Of a stretch of 64,000 nucleotides of DNA, positions 51,883 to 62,354 are shown piece after piece; within the stretch, counting starts at the first letter, position 1; the number at the start of each line of letters is the position of its first letter. Position numbers and translations under genes: made by a program. Origin of the DNA: an uncultured Verrucomicrobiae bacterium (GTDB taxonomy: Bacteria > Verrucomicrobiota > Verrucomicrobiia > Opitutales > JABDGR01). The notes under the pieces were generated by a model. The model was given only the letters and a program-made list of their open reading frames with translations. It was not told the DNA's origin and did not search any database. Where the stretch lies: the NCBI GenBank assembly GCA_963765205.1, contig CAVXVB010000009.1, positions 544,001 to 608,000 on the forward strand, read 5' to 3'.

Positions 51883-52374
51883 ATGCACCTCACCAAAAAA
51901 GGCGAATACGCCCTGCGCGCGCTGATCAACCTCGGCCTTGCCAAAGAAGTTGGGCGCACCCATGTGTCCGTTTCCGAACTAACGGGCTTGAGCCAGTTGC
52001 CGCTCAAATACGTCGAACAGATTTTGCACCAGCTCCGGCTGGCGGGTTATGTGGACACGAAGCGTGGTAAATACGGCGGCTATTACCTCCGCAAACCCGC
52101 CGCCGAAATTAAAATCGGCGAAATCGTGCGCCTGCTGGACGGCCCGCTCGCGCCGATTTCCTGCGCCAGCCAGACGGCCTACGCCCCCTGCACCTGCCCG
52201 GACGAGGCCCACTGCGGCCTGCGCATGCTCATGGTGGACGTGCGCAACGCCATTGCCAACATCCTCGACAAATACTCCCTGGCCGACGTTGTCGAGGTCA
52301 CCATGCGCAAGATGAAACGGGATAAAATCCCACTCCCGTTTTCCCGGCCGGTCCGCGCGGCGCAGGCAGATTAA
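51883..52374 (+). CDS. Rrf2-family regulator
   Basis: TKKGEYALRAL, RGKYGGYYL, DGPLAPISC...CTC...HCGL. Confidence 0.92.
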   Translation: MHLTKKGEYALRALINLGLAKEVGRTHVSVSELTGLSQLPLKYVEQILHQLRLAGYVDTKRGKYGGYYLRKPAAEIKIGEIVRLLDGPLAPISCASQTAYAPCTCPDEAHCGLRMLMVDVRNAIANILDKYSLADVVEVTMRKMKRDKIPLPFSRPVRAAQAD

Positions 52375-52464
52375 AAATTTACCGTTGACATTGTCGCGAT
52401 ATTTGCGATTTTAATGTCTACCAACTTAATAAAGTATATCTATATCAAGATTAGGGGAATTACC

Positions 52465-53489
52465 ATGAAACCGCTTCGCATTCTTTCACTCGTCCTGCTG
52501 GGCACCGCTGTCTGGGCCGCTGCCTCCCGCGCGGGCGCGGCTGACGCGTCGGCGCCGAAAAAAATTTCCCTCGTCAATGTCTCCTATGATCCGACGCGCG
52601 AGTTGTATGTGGAAATCAACGCCGCCTTCGTCAAGTTTTGGAAGGCCAAAACCGGGCAGGACGTGGTGATTTCGCAGTCCCACGGCGGCTCGGGCACCCA
52701 ATCGCGCAAGGTGATTGACGGCGCGCCCGCCGATGTGGTCACGCTCGCACTCTCCGCCGACATTGACGCCATCGCGGACGCCAAGCTGATTTCCTCGCCC
52801 AACTGGCAATCCCGCCTGCCGAACAACAGCACGCCCTACACCTCGACCATCGTCTTCCTTGTCCGCAAGGGCAATCCCAAGGGCATCAAGGACTGGGACG
52901 ACTTGGTCAAACCGGGCCTTTCCATTATCACGCCGAACCCGAAGACCTCCGGCGGCGCGCGTTGGAACTACCTGGCCGCTTGGGCCTACGCGAAAAACAA
53001 ATACGGCTCCGATGCCGCCGCGAAGGACTTCGTCAAAAAAATCTACGCAGCGTCCCCGTGCTCGATTCCGGGGCGCGCAATGCTACCCTCACCTTCGCCA
53101 AGAACGGCCAGGGCGACGTGCTGCTCGCCTGGGAGAATGACGCCCACCTCGCCGTTCAGGAATTTGGCGCGGACAAAATCGAAATCGTCATTCCTTCACT
53201 AAGCATCCTCGCCGAGCCGCCCGTGGCACTGGTGGATCAGAATGTGGATCGGAATGGCACGCGCGCCGTGGCGCAGGCCTACCTGAATTACCTCTACACC
53301 GATGAGGCGCAGGACATTATCGGGAAAAACTTTTTCCGCCCCACCACCGAGAAGGCGAAGGCAAAATACTCCAGCCAGTTCCCGGACATCAAGCTCGCCA
53401 CCATTGCGGACTTCGGCGGCTGGGCCAAGGCGCAAAAGGAGCATTTTGCCGACGGCGGCACCTTCGACCAAATCTATTCGAAAAAATAG
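52465..53489 (+). CDS. sbp: Sulfate ABC transporter substrate-binding protein, frameshift near 53050
   Basis: [28 protein letters not shown] / [21 protein letters not shown]. Confidence 0.9.
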
Positions 53490-53500
53490 GCCCATTCGCA

Positions 53501-54418
53501 ATGTCCGCTAGCACCCTCGTCATCATCCCGACGCCCCCGCCGGCGCGGCCCGCGCCGCCCGGAGGATTCCGCGCGGCCCCGTTGCCGACCCGGCGCATCC
53601 TGCCCGGCTTCGGGTTGACGCTGGGCTATACGATTCTGTATCTAAGTTTGATTGTGTTGATTCCATTGGCGGCGGCGTTCCTCTCGGCCGCCCGACTGAC
53701 CGGGCCGGAATTCATCCACGCGGTTTGGAGCGAAGAGGTGCGCGCCGCCTTCGCCTTGAGTTTTGGCGCGGCGGCGGCCGCGGCGGCGTGCAACACGGTG
53801 GGCGGCTTTCTGTTGGCCTGGGTGCTCGTGCGCTACAATTTTCCCGGTCGCAATCTCTGCGACGCCCTGGTGGACCTCCCTTTCGCCTTGCCCACGGCCG
53901 TGGCGGGCATCGCCCTGACCGCCCTTTACGACGACCACGGCTGGATGGGCCGCCTGCTCGCGCCGCTGGGCCTCAAGGTGGCCTATACGCCGCTCGGGGT
54001 GTTTGTCGCATTGATGTTTATCAGCCTGCCCTTTGTCGTGCGCACGCTCCAGCCGGTTTTGGCCGAACTTGAGCCGGAATTAGAGGAAGCCTCGACGATG
54101 CTCGGTGCCTCGCGCGCGCAGACTTTCCGCCGGGTGCTGTTTCCGGTGCTCCTCCCGCCGTTGCTGACGGGTTTCGCGCTGTCCTTCGCGCGCGCGCTCG
54201 GCGAATATGGTTCCGTCGTGTTTATTTCCGGCAACATCCCCAACAAGACGGAAATCGTGCCGCAATTGATTTACGCGGAACTCGACAGTAACCAGGTCCC
54301 GCAAGCCACCGCCATCGCGGTGGTGATGTTGCTGATCTCTTTTCTCCTGCTGCTGGGCATCAACCTGCTCCAGCGCTGGGCTCGCCAGCGCATCGGCGCG
54401 GGCCTCACCCAAAACTGA
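53501..54418 (+). CDS. cysT: Sulfate ABC transporter permease
   Basis: PGFGLTLG, VDLPFALPTAVAG, RALGEYGSV. Confidence 0.92.
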   Translation: MSASTLVIIPTPPPARPAPPGGFRAAPLPTRRILPGFGLTLGYTILYLSLIVLIPLAAAFLSAARLTGPEFIHAVWSEEVRAAFALSFGAAAAAAACNTVGGFLLAWVLVRYNFPGRNLCDALVDLPFALPTAVAGIALTALYDDHGWMGRLLAPLGLKVAYTPLGVFVALMFISLPFVVRTLQPVLAELEPELEEASTMLGASRAQTFRRVLFPVLLPPLLTGFALSFARALGEYGSVVFISGNIPNKTEIVPQLIYAELDSNQVPQATAIAVVMLLISFLLLLGINLLQRWARQRIGAGLTQN

Positions 54419-54436
54419 CCGCGCCCATTTCCCGCC

Positions 54437-55318
54437 ATGGCCACCGCCAGCCCAACCCTTGCCCAACGCGCCGGCCTCGCCGCGCCGCCGCGCCCCGCCA
54501 CGAGCGAGCCGGCGTGGCTCCGGCGCGCACTCATCGCGGCGGCCCTCGCTTTCTTCGGGGTGTTTTTGGTGCTGCCGCTGCTCATCGTGTTCATCGAGGC
54601 CTTTCGCGCCGGGGTGGGCGCTTATTTCGATTCGTTGGGCGACGCCGACAATTGGGCCGCCATCAAGCTCACGCTGCTTATTGCCGTCATCGCTGTTCCG
54701 CTCAATACGTTGTTTGGAATCGCCGCCGCCTGGGCCATCGCCAAATACCACTTCCCCGGGCGGAGCCTGCTGCTGACGCTGGTGGATTTGCCTTTCGCCG
54801 TTTCGCCGGTTATCTCGGGCCTCGTTTATGTGCTGCTGTTCGGACGGACGGGCTGGCTGGGGTCGTGGCTCGGCGCGCACGGCATCAAAATCATTTTTGC
54901 GGTGCCCGGCATGGTGCTCGCCACCGTGTTTGTCACGTTTCCGTTTGTAGCGCGCGAACTCATCCCCCTCATGGAAGCGCAGGGCAATGACGAGGAATTT
55001 GCCGCGCTTACCCTCGGCGCGAATGGCTGGCAGACGTTTTGGCGCGTCACTCTGCCCAACATCAAATGGGGCCTCTTTTACGGCGTGGTCTTGTGCAATG
55101 CGCGCGCCATGGGCGAATTTGGCGCGGTTTCCGTCGTTTCCTCGCAAATCGCCGGGTTGACGAACACGCTGCCTCTGCAAATCAAAAACCTCAGCGAGAC
55201 CGCCGGCGTCGGCGCATTTGCCTGCGCCTCGCTGCTGGCCCTTCTGGCGCTGGCCACGATGATCATTAAAAGTTTTATCGAATGGCTCTACGCGCGAAAC
55301 GAAAAAGCCGCCGATTGA
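54437..55318 (+). CDS. cysW: Sulfate ABC transporter permease
   Basis: [29 protein letters not shown]. Confidence 0.92.
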   Translation: MATASPTLAQRAGLAAPPRPATSEPAWLRRALIAAALAFFGVFLVLPLLIVFIEAFRAGVGAYFDSLGDADNWAAIKLTLLIAVIAVPLNTLFGIAAAWAIAKYHFPGRSLLLTLVDLPFAVSPVISGLVYVLLFGRTGWLGSWLGAHGIKIIFAVPGMVLATVFVTFPFVARELIPLMEAQGNDEEFAALTLGANGWQTFWRVTLPNIKWGLFYGVVLCNARAMGEFGAVSVVSSQIAGLTNTLPLQIKNLSETAGVGAFACASLLALLALATMIIKSFIEWLYARNEKAAD

Positions 55319-55358
55319 GTTTTTCCATTTTCCCTCTTCCCTTTTCCATTCTTTGTCC

Positions 55359-56435
55359 ATGAGCATCCACGCGGTCAACATTCGCAAGACCTTCGGCCAT
55401 TTTGTTGCGCTTGAGAACCTGGAATTAAAGGTTCCCGCGGGCCGCTTGGTCGCGCTGCTCGGGCCCTCGGGCAGCGGCAAGACAACGCTGCTGCGCGTCC
55501 TTGCGGGCCTCGAATACGCCGACCCCGGCAGCAACGGGCGCGTGTATCTGCATGGCCAGGACGTGACGAATACGCCGCCTGGCGAGCGCGGGGTCGGCTT
55601 TGTCTTTCAGCATTACGCGCTCTTCCGCCATCTCACGATTTTCGAAAATGTCGCCTTTGGCCTCAAGGTTCGCGGACGCAAAACCCGCCCGCCCAAGGCG
55701 GAAATCGCGAAGCGGGTAAATGATCTGCTTGAACTGGTGCAACTGCCCGGCATCGCCCACCGCCGCCCGCACCAGCTTTCCGGCGGCCAGCGGCAGCGCG
55801 TGGCCTTGGCCCGCGCCCTCGCCACCGAGCCGAAGGTGCTGCTCCTCGACGAGCCGTTCGGCGCGCTCGACGCCAAAGTGCGCAAGGAACTGCGCCGCTG
55901 GTTGCGCCGCTTTCATGAACAAGTGCAGTTGACCACCGTCTTCGTCACGCACGATCAGGAGGAGGCCCTCGAACTGGCCGACGAGGTCGTTGTGATGAAT
56001 AACGCGCGCATCGAGCAGGTCGGGCCGCCGCAGGAGGTTTACGATAACCCCGCCACGCCGTTTGTTTTCGAGTTCCTGGGCAATGTCAACCGCCTCGAAT
56101 TGACGGCGGTGCCCAACGCGCCGCCCGAGGCCACGCCCGCGCAAGGCGCCGTCACCTACGTCCGCCCGCACGACATCGAGCTGCTGCGCGAGCCGGCCCC
56201 CGACACCATTCCCGTCATCGTTCACCACATTTTTGCCGCTGGCGCCGGCGCGCGCGTGCAAGTCGTCGGCAACAAGACCGGCGAGTGGTTCGACGTCGAG
56301 CTGACCCGCTACGACCTCGATAAATTAAAACCCCGCTACGCCGAAATGGTTTACGCCCGTCTGCGCCGCCCGCGCATTTTCACCAAGGCGCCCATCCCGC
56401 CGCCAGCGGCGGGCGGTGACCAAATTAACAAGTAG
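55359..56435 (+). CDS. cysA: Sulfate ABC transporter ATPase
   Basis: [45 protein letters not shown]. Confidence 0.95.
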   Translation: MSIHAVNIRKTFGHFVALENLELKVPAGRLVALLGPSGSGKTTLLRVLAGLEYADPGSNGRVYLHGQDVTNTPPGERGVGFVFQHYALFRHLTIFENVAFGLKVRGRKTRPPKAEIAKRVNDLLELVQLPGIAHRRPHQLSGGQRQRVALARALATEPKVLLLDEPFGALDAKVRKELRRWLRRFHEQVQLTTVFVTHDQEEALELADEVVVMNNARIEQVGPPQEVYDNPATPFVFEFLGNVNRLELTAVPNAPPEATPAQGAVTYVRPHDIELLREPAPDTIPVIVHHIFAAGAGARVQVVGNKTGEWFDVELTRYDLDKLKPRYAEMVYARLRRPRIFTKAPIPPPAAGGDQINK

Positions 56436-56461
56436 CAAATTGGGGCCTTTTTCGTAGCGCG

Positions 56462-56703
56462 TTTCCACTTCGTGTTCCTGCCCCCTTATGCTCCGCAGTT
56501 AAATCCGGTCGAGGGCGTGTGGAGCTGGCTCAAACGCAATCCCCTCGCCAACTACGCCCCCGTGGACGCCGCAGAACTAAACCGCCACGCCCACGGCCAC
56601 GCCCGCACCCTCCAGCGACGACCCAATCTCCTGCGCGCCTTCCTCAATCACAGTCCCCTTTTTGTCGGCCTCCAATAGGACTTTACTTATGCAGGTATCA
56701 ATA
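56462..56703 (+). mobile_element. IS630-family remnant (transposase C-terminus and right end)
   Basis: FLPPYAPQLNPVEGVWSWLK motif; ends ...gcaggtatcaaTA. Confidence 0.75.
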
Positions 56704-56760
56704 GCCCGCGCTTCTCCGTGATTCGCGCAATCCAGAACGCGGGCTAAAGCACCGCGCTAC
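56702..56760. repeat. GTAG-type REP palindrome, left arm interrupted
   Basis: tagcccgcg...cgcgggctaaagcaccgcgctac; matching gtagcgcg at 56454-56461. Confidence 0.65.
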
Positions 56761-57007
56761 GATACAAGCAAATTGACATGTTATTGCTTGAAACAATTAT
56801 CTCATGTTGTATGTTTTCGAGATGGCCCGCCGTTTCATTTTGCAAAACGCCAAGACCTTAAGCGCAGAGGATTTTTGTCCCGCTGCGGGACGAGAAGCGG
56901 CCACGCTTGGTGAATTGGAAAAAATGATGCATGAACTTGAAGGCATCGGGGCTGGACCTAAACGTTTACGAATATCGGCATCGCGACGAGGGCGCAGCAA
57001 ACGGCCT

Positions 57008-57512
57008 GATAGAGAACCATGAGCACTCGTTTGCCATTACGATGATGTTTCACAACTTCTGCCGGATTCACAAGACGCTCCGCGTCACCTCGGCCATGGA
57101 GGCCGGACTGACTGACCACGTTTGGGAGATTACGGAAGTTGTTGCGCTGCTAGACTAAAAGGGTATAGAGAAGGCGGCATGAAGCCTAAAAACTTCATTT
57201 TGATTACCCTTTCCGTTGCCATCGTGAGCGTTGGCAACGGATGCTTCACGCAGTCAGAGCCGCCTGCGGCGGTGGAAAATGCCTATGAAGGACAGAAAAA
57301 CGCACCAGCGAAAGAATTACTGGAACAAATACAAGCCCGGGACAAAGAGATCCAAATGGAGAGACAAATGCTCGAAATTGACTCCCCCGGCGCCGAATAC
57401 GTCTCCGAGGTCCCGGCAAATGGCTATAAGAAAATTAATGGCCGGTGGTTTTTCATTGAGCCAATCGCAAGTGACACAAATTGAAGGGTAAAATTCAAAC
57501 TGAGACACTACC
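57008..57512 (+). mobile_element. IS1-like element remnant: transposase C-terminus, passenger gene, right terminus
   Basis: ENHEHSFAITMMFHNFCRIHKTLRVTSAMEAGLTDHVWEITEVVALLD*; terminus aattcaaactgagacactacc. Confidence 0.7.
57179..57484 (+). CDS. MKPKNF-family protein copy 3 (short, possible lipoprotein)
   Basis: MKPKNFILITLSVAIVSVGNGC ... YKKINGRWFF. Confidence 0.7.
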   Translation: MKPKNFILITLSVAIVSVGNGCFTQSEPPAAVENAYEGQKNAPAKELLEQIQARDKEIQMERQMLEIDSPGAEYVSEVPANGYKKINGRWFFIEPIASDTN

Positions 57513-57562
57513 GGGCTGGGCCGTTGCTTGACTCCGCGGCGCACACCCGTTCGACTATCCCC

Positions 57563-59140
57563 GTGCCTGAAGCCTACCAAGTCATTGCCCGCCGTTGGCG
57601 GCCCAAACAGTTCGACGAAATCGTCGGGCAGGAGCATATCGTGCGCACGCTTAAGAACGCCATCACGCAAAACCGCCTCGCCCACGCCTACCTTTTTGTC
57701 GGCCCGCGCGGCACCGGCAAGACGACCACCGCGCGCATCCTCGCCAAGGCGCTCAATTGCGAGGGTGGCCCGCGCGTGGACCCCGACGACAATTCGCCGC
57801 TGGCCAAGGCCATCATGGCCGGTTCGTGCATGGACGTGCAGGAGATTGACGGTGCCTCGAACAACAGCGTGGACAACGTCCGCCAGTTGCGCGAGGACTG
57901 CCAATACGCGCCCACCCAGGGGAAATTCAAAATCTACATTATTGACGAAGTCCACATGCTGTCCGCGGGCGCTTTCAACGCGCTGCTCAAGACGCTCGAA
58001 GAACCGCCGCCGCATGTGAAGTTCATCTTTGCCACGACCGAGTCGCAAAAAGTCCCCGCGACCATCGTGTCGCGCTGCCAGCGCTTCGAGTTCCGTCCCA
58101 TTCCCGACGCGCAAATCGCGGACAAGCTCGGGCAGATCGCCCAGGCGGAAAAGATCAGCGTCACGCCTGCGGCGCTGCAATCCGTCGCGCGGCTGGCCCA
58201 GGGCGGGATGCGCGACGCCCAATCCATCCTTGACCAACTTATCTCCTTTTGCGGCCAGAAGATTTCCGACGACGACGTGCTGGATGTTTACGGTCTCGCC
58301 TCCGCCGGGCAGGTGCGCCGGCTGGCCCGCGCCCTCGCCGCCACGGACTATGCCGCGCTCGTGGCCGAGGTGGACAAGCTGGCCGCCGACGGTCGCGACC
58401 TCAACCGCGTGCTCACCGACCTCGAAGCGGAATTGCGCGAGGCGCTGCTCGACGCCGTGCGCGGCAGCGGCGCCACCGAGCGCCTGGGCGCGCCCACCCG
58501 CGCCGACTCATTGCTCCGCATTCTGGAAACCCTCCACGCTGGCGAGGATTCCGTGCGCACCGGCCTGAACGAACGCGTGAATTTTGAAGTCCTCCTCCTG
58601 CGCGCGGCAGAGCAGGGGCGAACGCGGGCTATTGATTCGCTGTTGCAAGACCTCACGGAACTCTCCGCCGGCCTCCCCCAGGAAGCCGGCCAAAAAAAAA
58701 TAAACGCGCCGCGCCTTCCCGTCCCGGTCACACCGCCGCCTGTGGAATTCGCCACCACCCGCGCCCATGTCCTGGAAGAAGCCGCGCCCGCACCAGTGCT
58801 GCCCATTGCCGCAAAATCCGCCCTGCAGCCAACCACGAAGACCGAAGCCATCGAGGCTTATCAGCGGCTCCCGGCGTCCACGCGTCAATTATTGGAAGGC
58901 GAGTTACACGCCACGGTGCGCGGGCTGCGTTCTTTGCCCTCCCGCCGGGAGGCTGATTTTTTACGGGATGGCGGCGGGCGGCTTCACGGTCACATAGATA
59001 AATCCGCCGGCGCTCCAGGTCTGGACGCGAAAACCATCCACGGTGCTATCATACATTTCTGGCGTGACTCGTGGGCTGGGAACTCGGCTTGGTTGAGAAT
59101 AAACAAATGCGTGATTACCGCGCCGGTTTGCACGATGTAA
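57563..59140 (+). CDS. dnaX: DNA polymerase III subunit gamma/tau (3' end uncertain)
   Basis: [40 protein letters not shown]9 run at 58692-58700. Confidence 0.95.
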   Translation: MPEAYQVIARRWRPKQFDEIVGQEHIVRTLKNAITQNRLAHAYLFVGPRGTGKTTTARILAKALNCEGGPRVDPDDNSPLAKAIMAGSCMDVQEIDGASNNSVDNVRQLREDCQYAPTQGKFKIYIIDEVHMLSAGAFNALLKTLEEPPPHVKFIFATTESQKVPATIVSRCQRFEFRPIPDAQIADKLGQIAQAEKISVTPAALQSVARLAQGGMRDAQSILDQLISFCGQKISDDDVLDVYGLASAGQVRRLARALAATDYAALVAEVDKLAADGRDLNRVLTDLEAELREALLDAVRGSGATERLGAPTRADSLLRILETLHAGEDSVRTGLNERVNFEVLLLRAAEQGRTRAIDSLLQDLTELSAGLPQEAGQKKINAPRLPVPVTPPPVEFATTRAHVLEEAAPAPVLPIAAKSALQPTTKTEAIEAYQRLPASTRQLLEGELHATVRGLRSLPSRREADFLRDGGGRLHGHIDKSAGAPGLDAKTIHGAIIHFWRDSWAGNSAWLRINKCVITAPVCTM

Positions 59141-59850
59141 TGGGTGATCGAATGGGTGGTCCAAACTTCCGCAGACACCGATCGAGGCGTCGCGCCGTTG
59201 GGAGAGGAGGCCAGGCCAAGCGGATCCGGCGGGTTGGGCGCGTGGTTGGCGGCCAAGTATTGCTGCATGTCCGCGAGCGTCTGGCCCGCGGGCGGCGGTG
59301 GTGCGAGCGCCGCCAGTTGCGCGGCGTAATGGGTGAAGGCGGGTAATTGCGCTTCGGCCAGGCCGCCGGATTTCGAGGAGACCGGCAGCACCGACAGCAG
59401 CGCCAGCAAAAAGATGACCAGCAGGGCCACGGACAGAACTGCCGCGCGCCACCACCAGGTCGGCGAAGACCCGCGTGTCGGTTCATCGTCCAGCCGCAAG
59501 TCTGCGGCCAGCGCAGCCACCGCCGATTTTTTGGGATTAGGTTCGTCCGCGATGGCGGGCAGTTCCGCCAAAGGTTCGCCGGTGGATTCCGCGATCAGGC
59601 GGCTCGCAAAAAAAATTGTCGCACCCCCGCGCATGATGGTCGCCGCAAGTTCTCCCGGCGGCGCCAGCGCGGCGAGTTTCCGGCTGAATTGCCGGTCGAA
59701 ATTCTTTTCCTGCGCCCACCAGGCGCCCAATTTCGAATCGTTCTCGGCCAGGCCCAGCGCCTCGCCCACGCCGGGCACCTCCGGGTTCGTCTCGTCGTCG
59801 GGCGGGCACAGGTTGAGTATCGCTTTCGCTTCGTCGGGGGTCATGGCCAA
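58961..59850 (-). CDS. Putative membrane anti-sigma factor, frameshift near 59065
   Basis: Directly follows ECF sigma; N-terminal EAL..A..D..L..W...FD helix, one TM, periplasmic domain ending [14 protein letters not shown]. Confidence 0.65.
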
Positions 59851-59856
59851 GGGTAA

Positions 59857-60357
59857 TCAGGTTGGGGTGGACCGGTCGGAAATGATCTTCTTGAGCTGGG
59901 CTTTGCCTGCGGCCACGCGCGTGAAGATCTCTTTGATCGGCAGGTTCAACGCCCCGGCGATTTCCGCGTAGCTCAGGTCGTGCAAATAAAAGAGCGCCAG
60001 CGGGGCGCGCAACTTCTCTTCCAGGTGCGCGAATGCCGCCGCCGCGCTGGGGCCGTCCAATGCCGCGATAAATTCCGGGATGGCTAACGGTAGCGCACCC
60101 GGCGGCGTGGACGGCGTCTCGGGATGCGGCGCGCTGCGCTGGCGGAGAAACTCGTTATGCAGCGTGGCGTAGAGCCACGGTTTGATCCGGGTTCCAGCGG
60201 GCAGCGTGGCGCCCTTGTTGGCGTAGAGGAAAAACGTGTGCTGCGTGAGGTCGCAAGCCGTCTGCTCATCATGGGCCAGGCAATAGGCAAACCGATAGAG
60301 GCCGGCGAAATGGTTTTCCACCAGTTTCTTGAAATTGAGCGACTGCGTGCGGGACAT
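59857..60357 (-). CDS. ECF RNA polymerase sigma factor
   Basis: LYRFAYCL...ACDLTQHTF, WLYATLHNEF, LFYLHDLSYAEIAGALNLP. Confidence 0.85.
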   Translation of the reverse strand: MSRTQSLNFKKLVENHFAGLYRFAYCLAHDEQTACDLTQHTFFLYANKGATLPAGTRIKPWLYATLHNEFLRQRSAPHPETPSTPPGALPLAIPEFIAALDGPSAAAAFAHLEEKLRAPLALFYLHDLSYAEIAGALNLPIKEIFTRVAAGKAQLKKIISDRSTPT

Positions 60358-60525
60358 GGGCGCGCGAAAGGAAATTTCCCTGCCAGCCGGAAAATGGGGG
60401 TAAAAACCAGCACGGGCGGAGCGTTTCATCGGTATCGCGGGGCGGGGGGTATGGCAAACGAATTGTGCGTCTGCCAGGGGTGGTTTTGGCTTGTTGGCAA
60501 CGTGGCCGTGAGGTAACGTGGGGCG

Positions 60526-61368
60526 ATGTCCGTTCCCCTGCATTGGCATAACGAGCCCTTGCTGCTCCTCAGCCTGTTGTTTTCTGGCTGGATTTATGCC
60601 GTCGGTGCCGGGCCGTTGCGCGCGCGCCTCGCGCCGCCGGGCACGCCTTATCCAGTTGGAAAGGCCGTGGCGTTTTTTGCCGGCCTGGTCTTGAACTACC
60701 TTGCCGTCGGCTCGCCGCTCGACCAGTTCGGCGAGGATTACCTCTTCAGCGTCCACATGGTGCAACACCTCATTATTGTCTACATCACGCCGCCCTTGCT
60801 CTTGTGGGGGTTGCCGTGGTGGCTGGTGGACACGGTGCTCGCGCGGCCCTGGATCAAGGCCATCGCCCGGCCACTGCTGCACCCGGCGGTGTGCTGCATG
60901 GCCTTCGTGCTTACCTTTGCGCTTTGGCATCTGCCGGAGTTGTATGAAGCCGCTCTGCGCAGCCGGCCCATTCATATCCTCGAGCACCTGACGATTTTCT
61001 TCACCGCCCTGCAAATGTGGTGGCTGTTCCTCAGCCCCTCGCGCGTGCTGCCCCCCTGCAACTACCCGGTGCGGATGGTCTGCGCGTTCATCCTCATGGC
61101 CGCGCACATGCCCATTCTCGGCCTGCTCGCCTTTTCCGACGACCCCCTCTACCGCACCTACGAACTCGCCCCCCGCATCATCCAAAATTTCGACGCGATG
61201 GACGACCAGCGCACCGGCGCCGCCATCATGGAAATGAGCGCCGCCATCGTCTCCGTTGCCCTCCTCGGCGGGAGCCTCTGGGGTTGGATGAAGGAAGACG
61301 ACCACCGTCAGGCCCGGCCCCCCGCTTCTAATATTCTGAAGACAGTGTGCTTAAATCCGCTATCGTAA
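60526..61368 (+). CDS. Cytochrome c oxidase assembly protein (caa3-type CtaG)
   Basis: SPLDQFGEDYLFSVHMVQHL, ALWHLPELYE, HILEH, DDQRTG. Confidence 0.85.
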   Translation: MSVPLHWHNEPLLLLSLLFSGWIYAVGAGPLRARLAPPGTPYPVGKAVAFFAGLVLNYLAVGSPLDQFGEDYLFSVHMVQHLIIVYITPPLLLWGLPWWLVDTVLARPWIKAIARPLLHPAVCCMAFVLTFALWHLPELYEAALRSRPIHILEHLTIFFTALQMWWLFLSPSRVLPPCNYPVRMVCAFILMAAHMPILGLLAFSDDPLYRTYELAPRIIQNFDAMDDQRTGAAIMEMSAAIVSVALLGGSLWGWMKEDDHRQARPPASNILKTVCLNPLS

Positions 61369-61420
61369 ATTTGGAAGGTTAAGCTGCATCTGTGTTGGCA
61401 CTTGGAATGGGGGGTCTGGC

Positions 61421-62152
61421 TCAAATCTGATAATCCGCGCGGCCATTGGATTCGTGCAGCCCGCATTCGCGTTTGACGCCGTTGAAGCGCGTGTCCTCGG
61501 CGGTCTGCCCGGCGGTGAGGGGCGCGCTGCTGTGGGCGTCGCCGACGGAGACGTAGCCCTTTTCCCACAAGGGGTGGTAGGGGAGCCCGTGCTTCGTCAG
61601 ATATTGGTAAACGTCGCGCTCGCTCCAATCCAGGATGGGGTGGATTTTGTAGGTGCGCTTTTGCAACTGGACGATGTCGAGGTGCTCGCGCGTGCGCGAT
61701 TGCGCGCGGCGCAGGCCGGCCAGCCAGGCGGTCGCGCCCAGTTCCTGCATCGCGCGGTTCATCGGCTCGACCTTGTTCAGGAAATTGTATTTTTCGAGGC
61801 CCTCGCGGCCCTGCTCCCAGAGGCGGCCATGCAGGGCTTCCTGGCGCGCGGCGGTCATCGCGGCCTGATAAACCTTGAGGTTGAGCCGGAGCCGGCCTGT
61901 CAATTCGTCGGCAAAACGGTAGGTTTCGGGAAAGAGATAACCCGTGTCCACAAAGACCACCGGAATTTCCGGCTCGATTTGCGTCACCAAATGCAGCATG
62001 ACGGCGGACTGGATGCCAAAACTCGTACTCAGGATCAACCGGCCGCCAAATTGCTCGACCGCCCAGCGCACGCGCTCTTCCGCCGGGAGCCGTTCCAGGC
62101 GCTCGCTTTCCGCCGGCAGCATCTTCGGGTGCAGCAATGTGGCAGTGTCCAT
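61421..62152 (-). CDS. cysH: PAPS/APS reductase
   Basis: [45 protein letters not shown]. Confidence 0.93.
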   Translation of the reverse strand: MDTATLLHPKMLPAESERLERLPAEERVRWAVEQFGGRLILSTSFGIQSAVMLHLVTQIEPEIPVVFVDTGYLFPETYRFADELTGRLRLNLKVYQAAMTAARQEALHGRLWEQGREGLEKYNFLNKVEPMNRAMQELGATAWLAGLRRAQSRTREHLDIVQLQKRTYKIHPILDWSERDVYQYLTKHGLPYHPLWEKGYVSVGDAHSSAPLTAGQTAEDTRFNGVKRECGLHESNGRADYQI

Positions 62153-62317
62153 GGCCTTAATATGACTATCTTGGGTAAGATAGTAAACAATAAAATTGTT
62201 TTTTGCAATCAACATGTTTATAAAAAACATCTTGCAAGATTATTTTTTGGATAAATCCAGCAATCTCTATCGAATATATCGGGGTAAGTTGCTGGTAGAT
62301 TGATCGTCCCTGGGTGC

Positions 62318-62354
62318 GTTGACCCGAGGTAGCTCGCTCCTCGCAACCCCGGGC
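62318..62354. repeat. REP-like hairpin
   Basis: acccgaggtagc-tcgctcctc-gcaaccccgggc. Confidence 0.45.

Noticed and set aside
56804..57022. 72-aa ORF upstream of the IS1-like tail
   Set aside because: No recognisable motif; probably debris, cannot support a call
59857..61305. 482-aa ORF as one extended sigma factor
   Set aside because: Upstream two thirds is antisense to the CtaG-like gene; sigma starts at 60357
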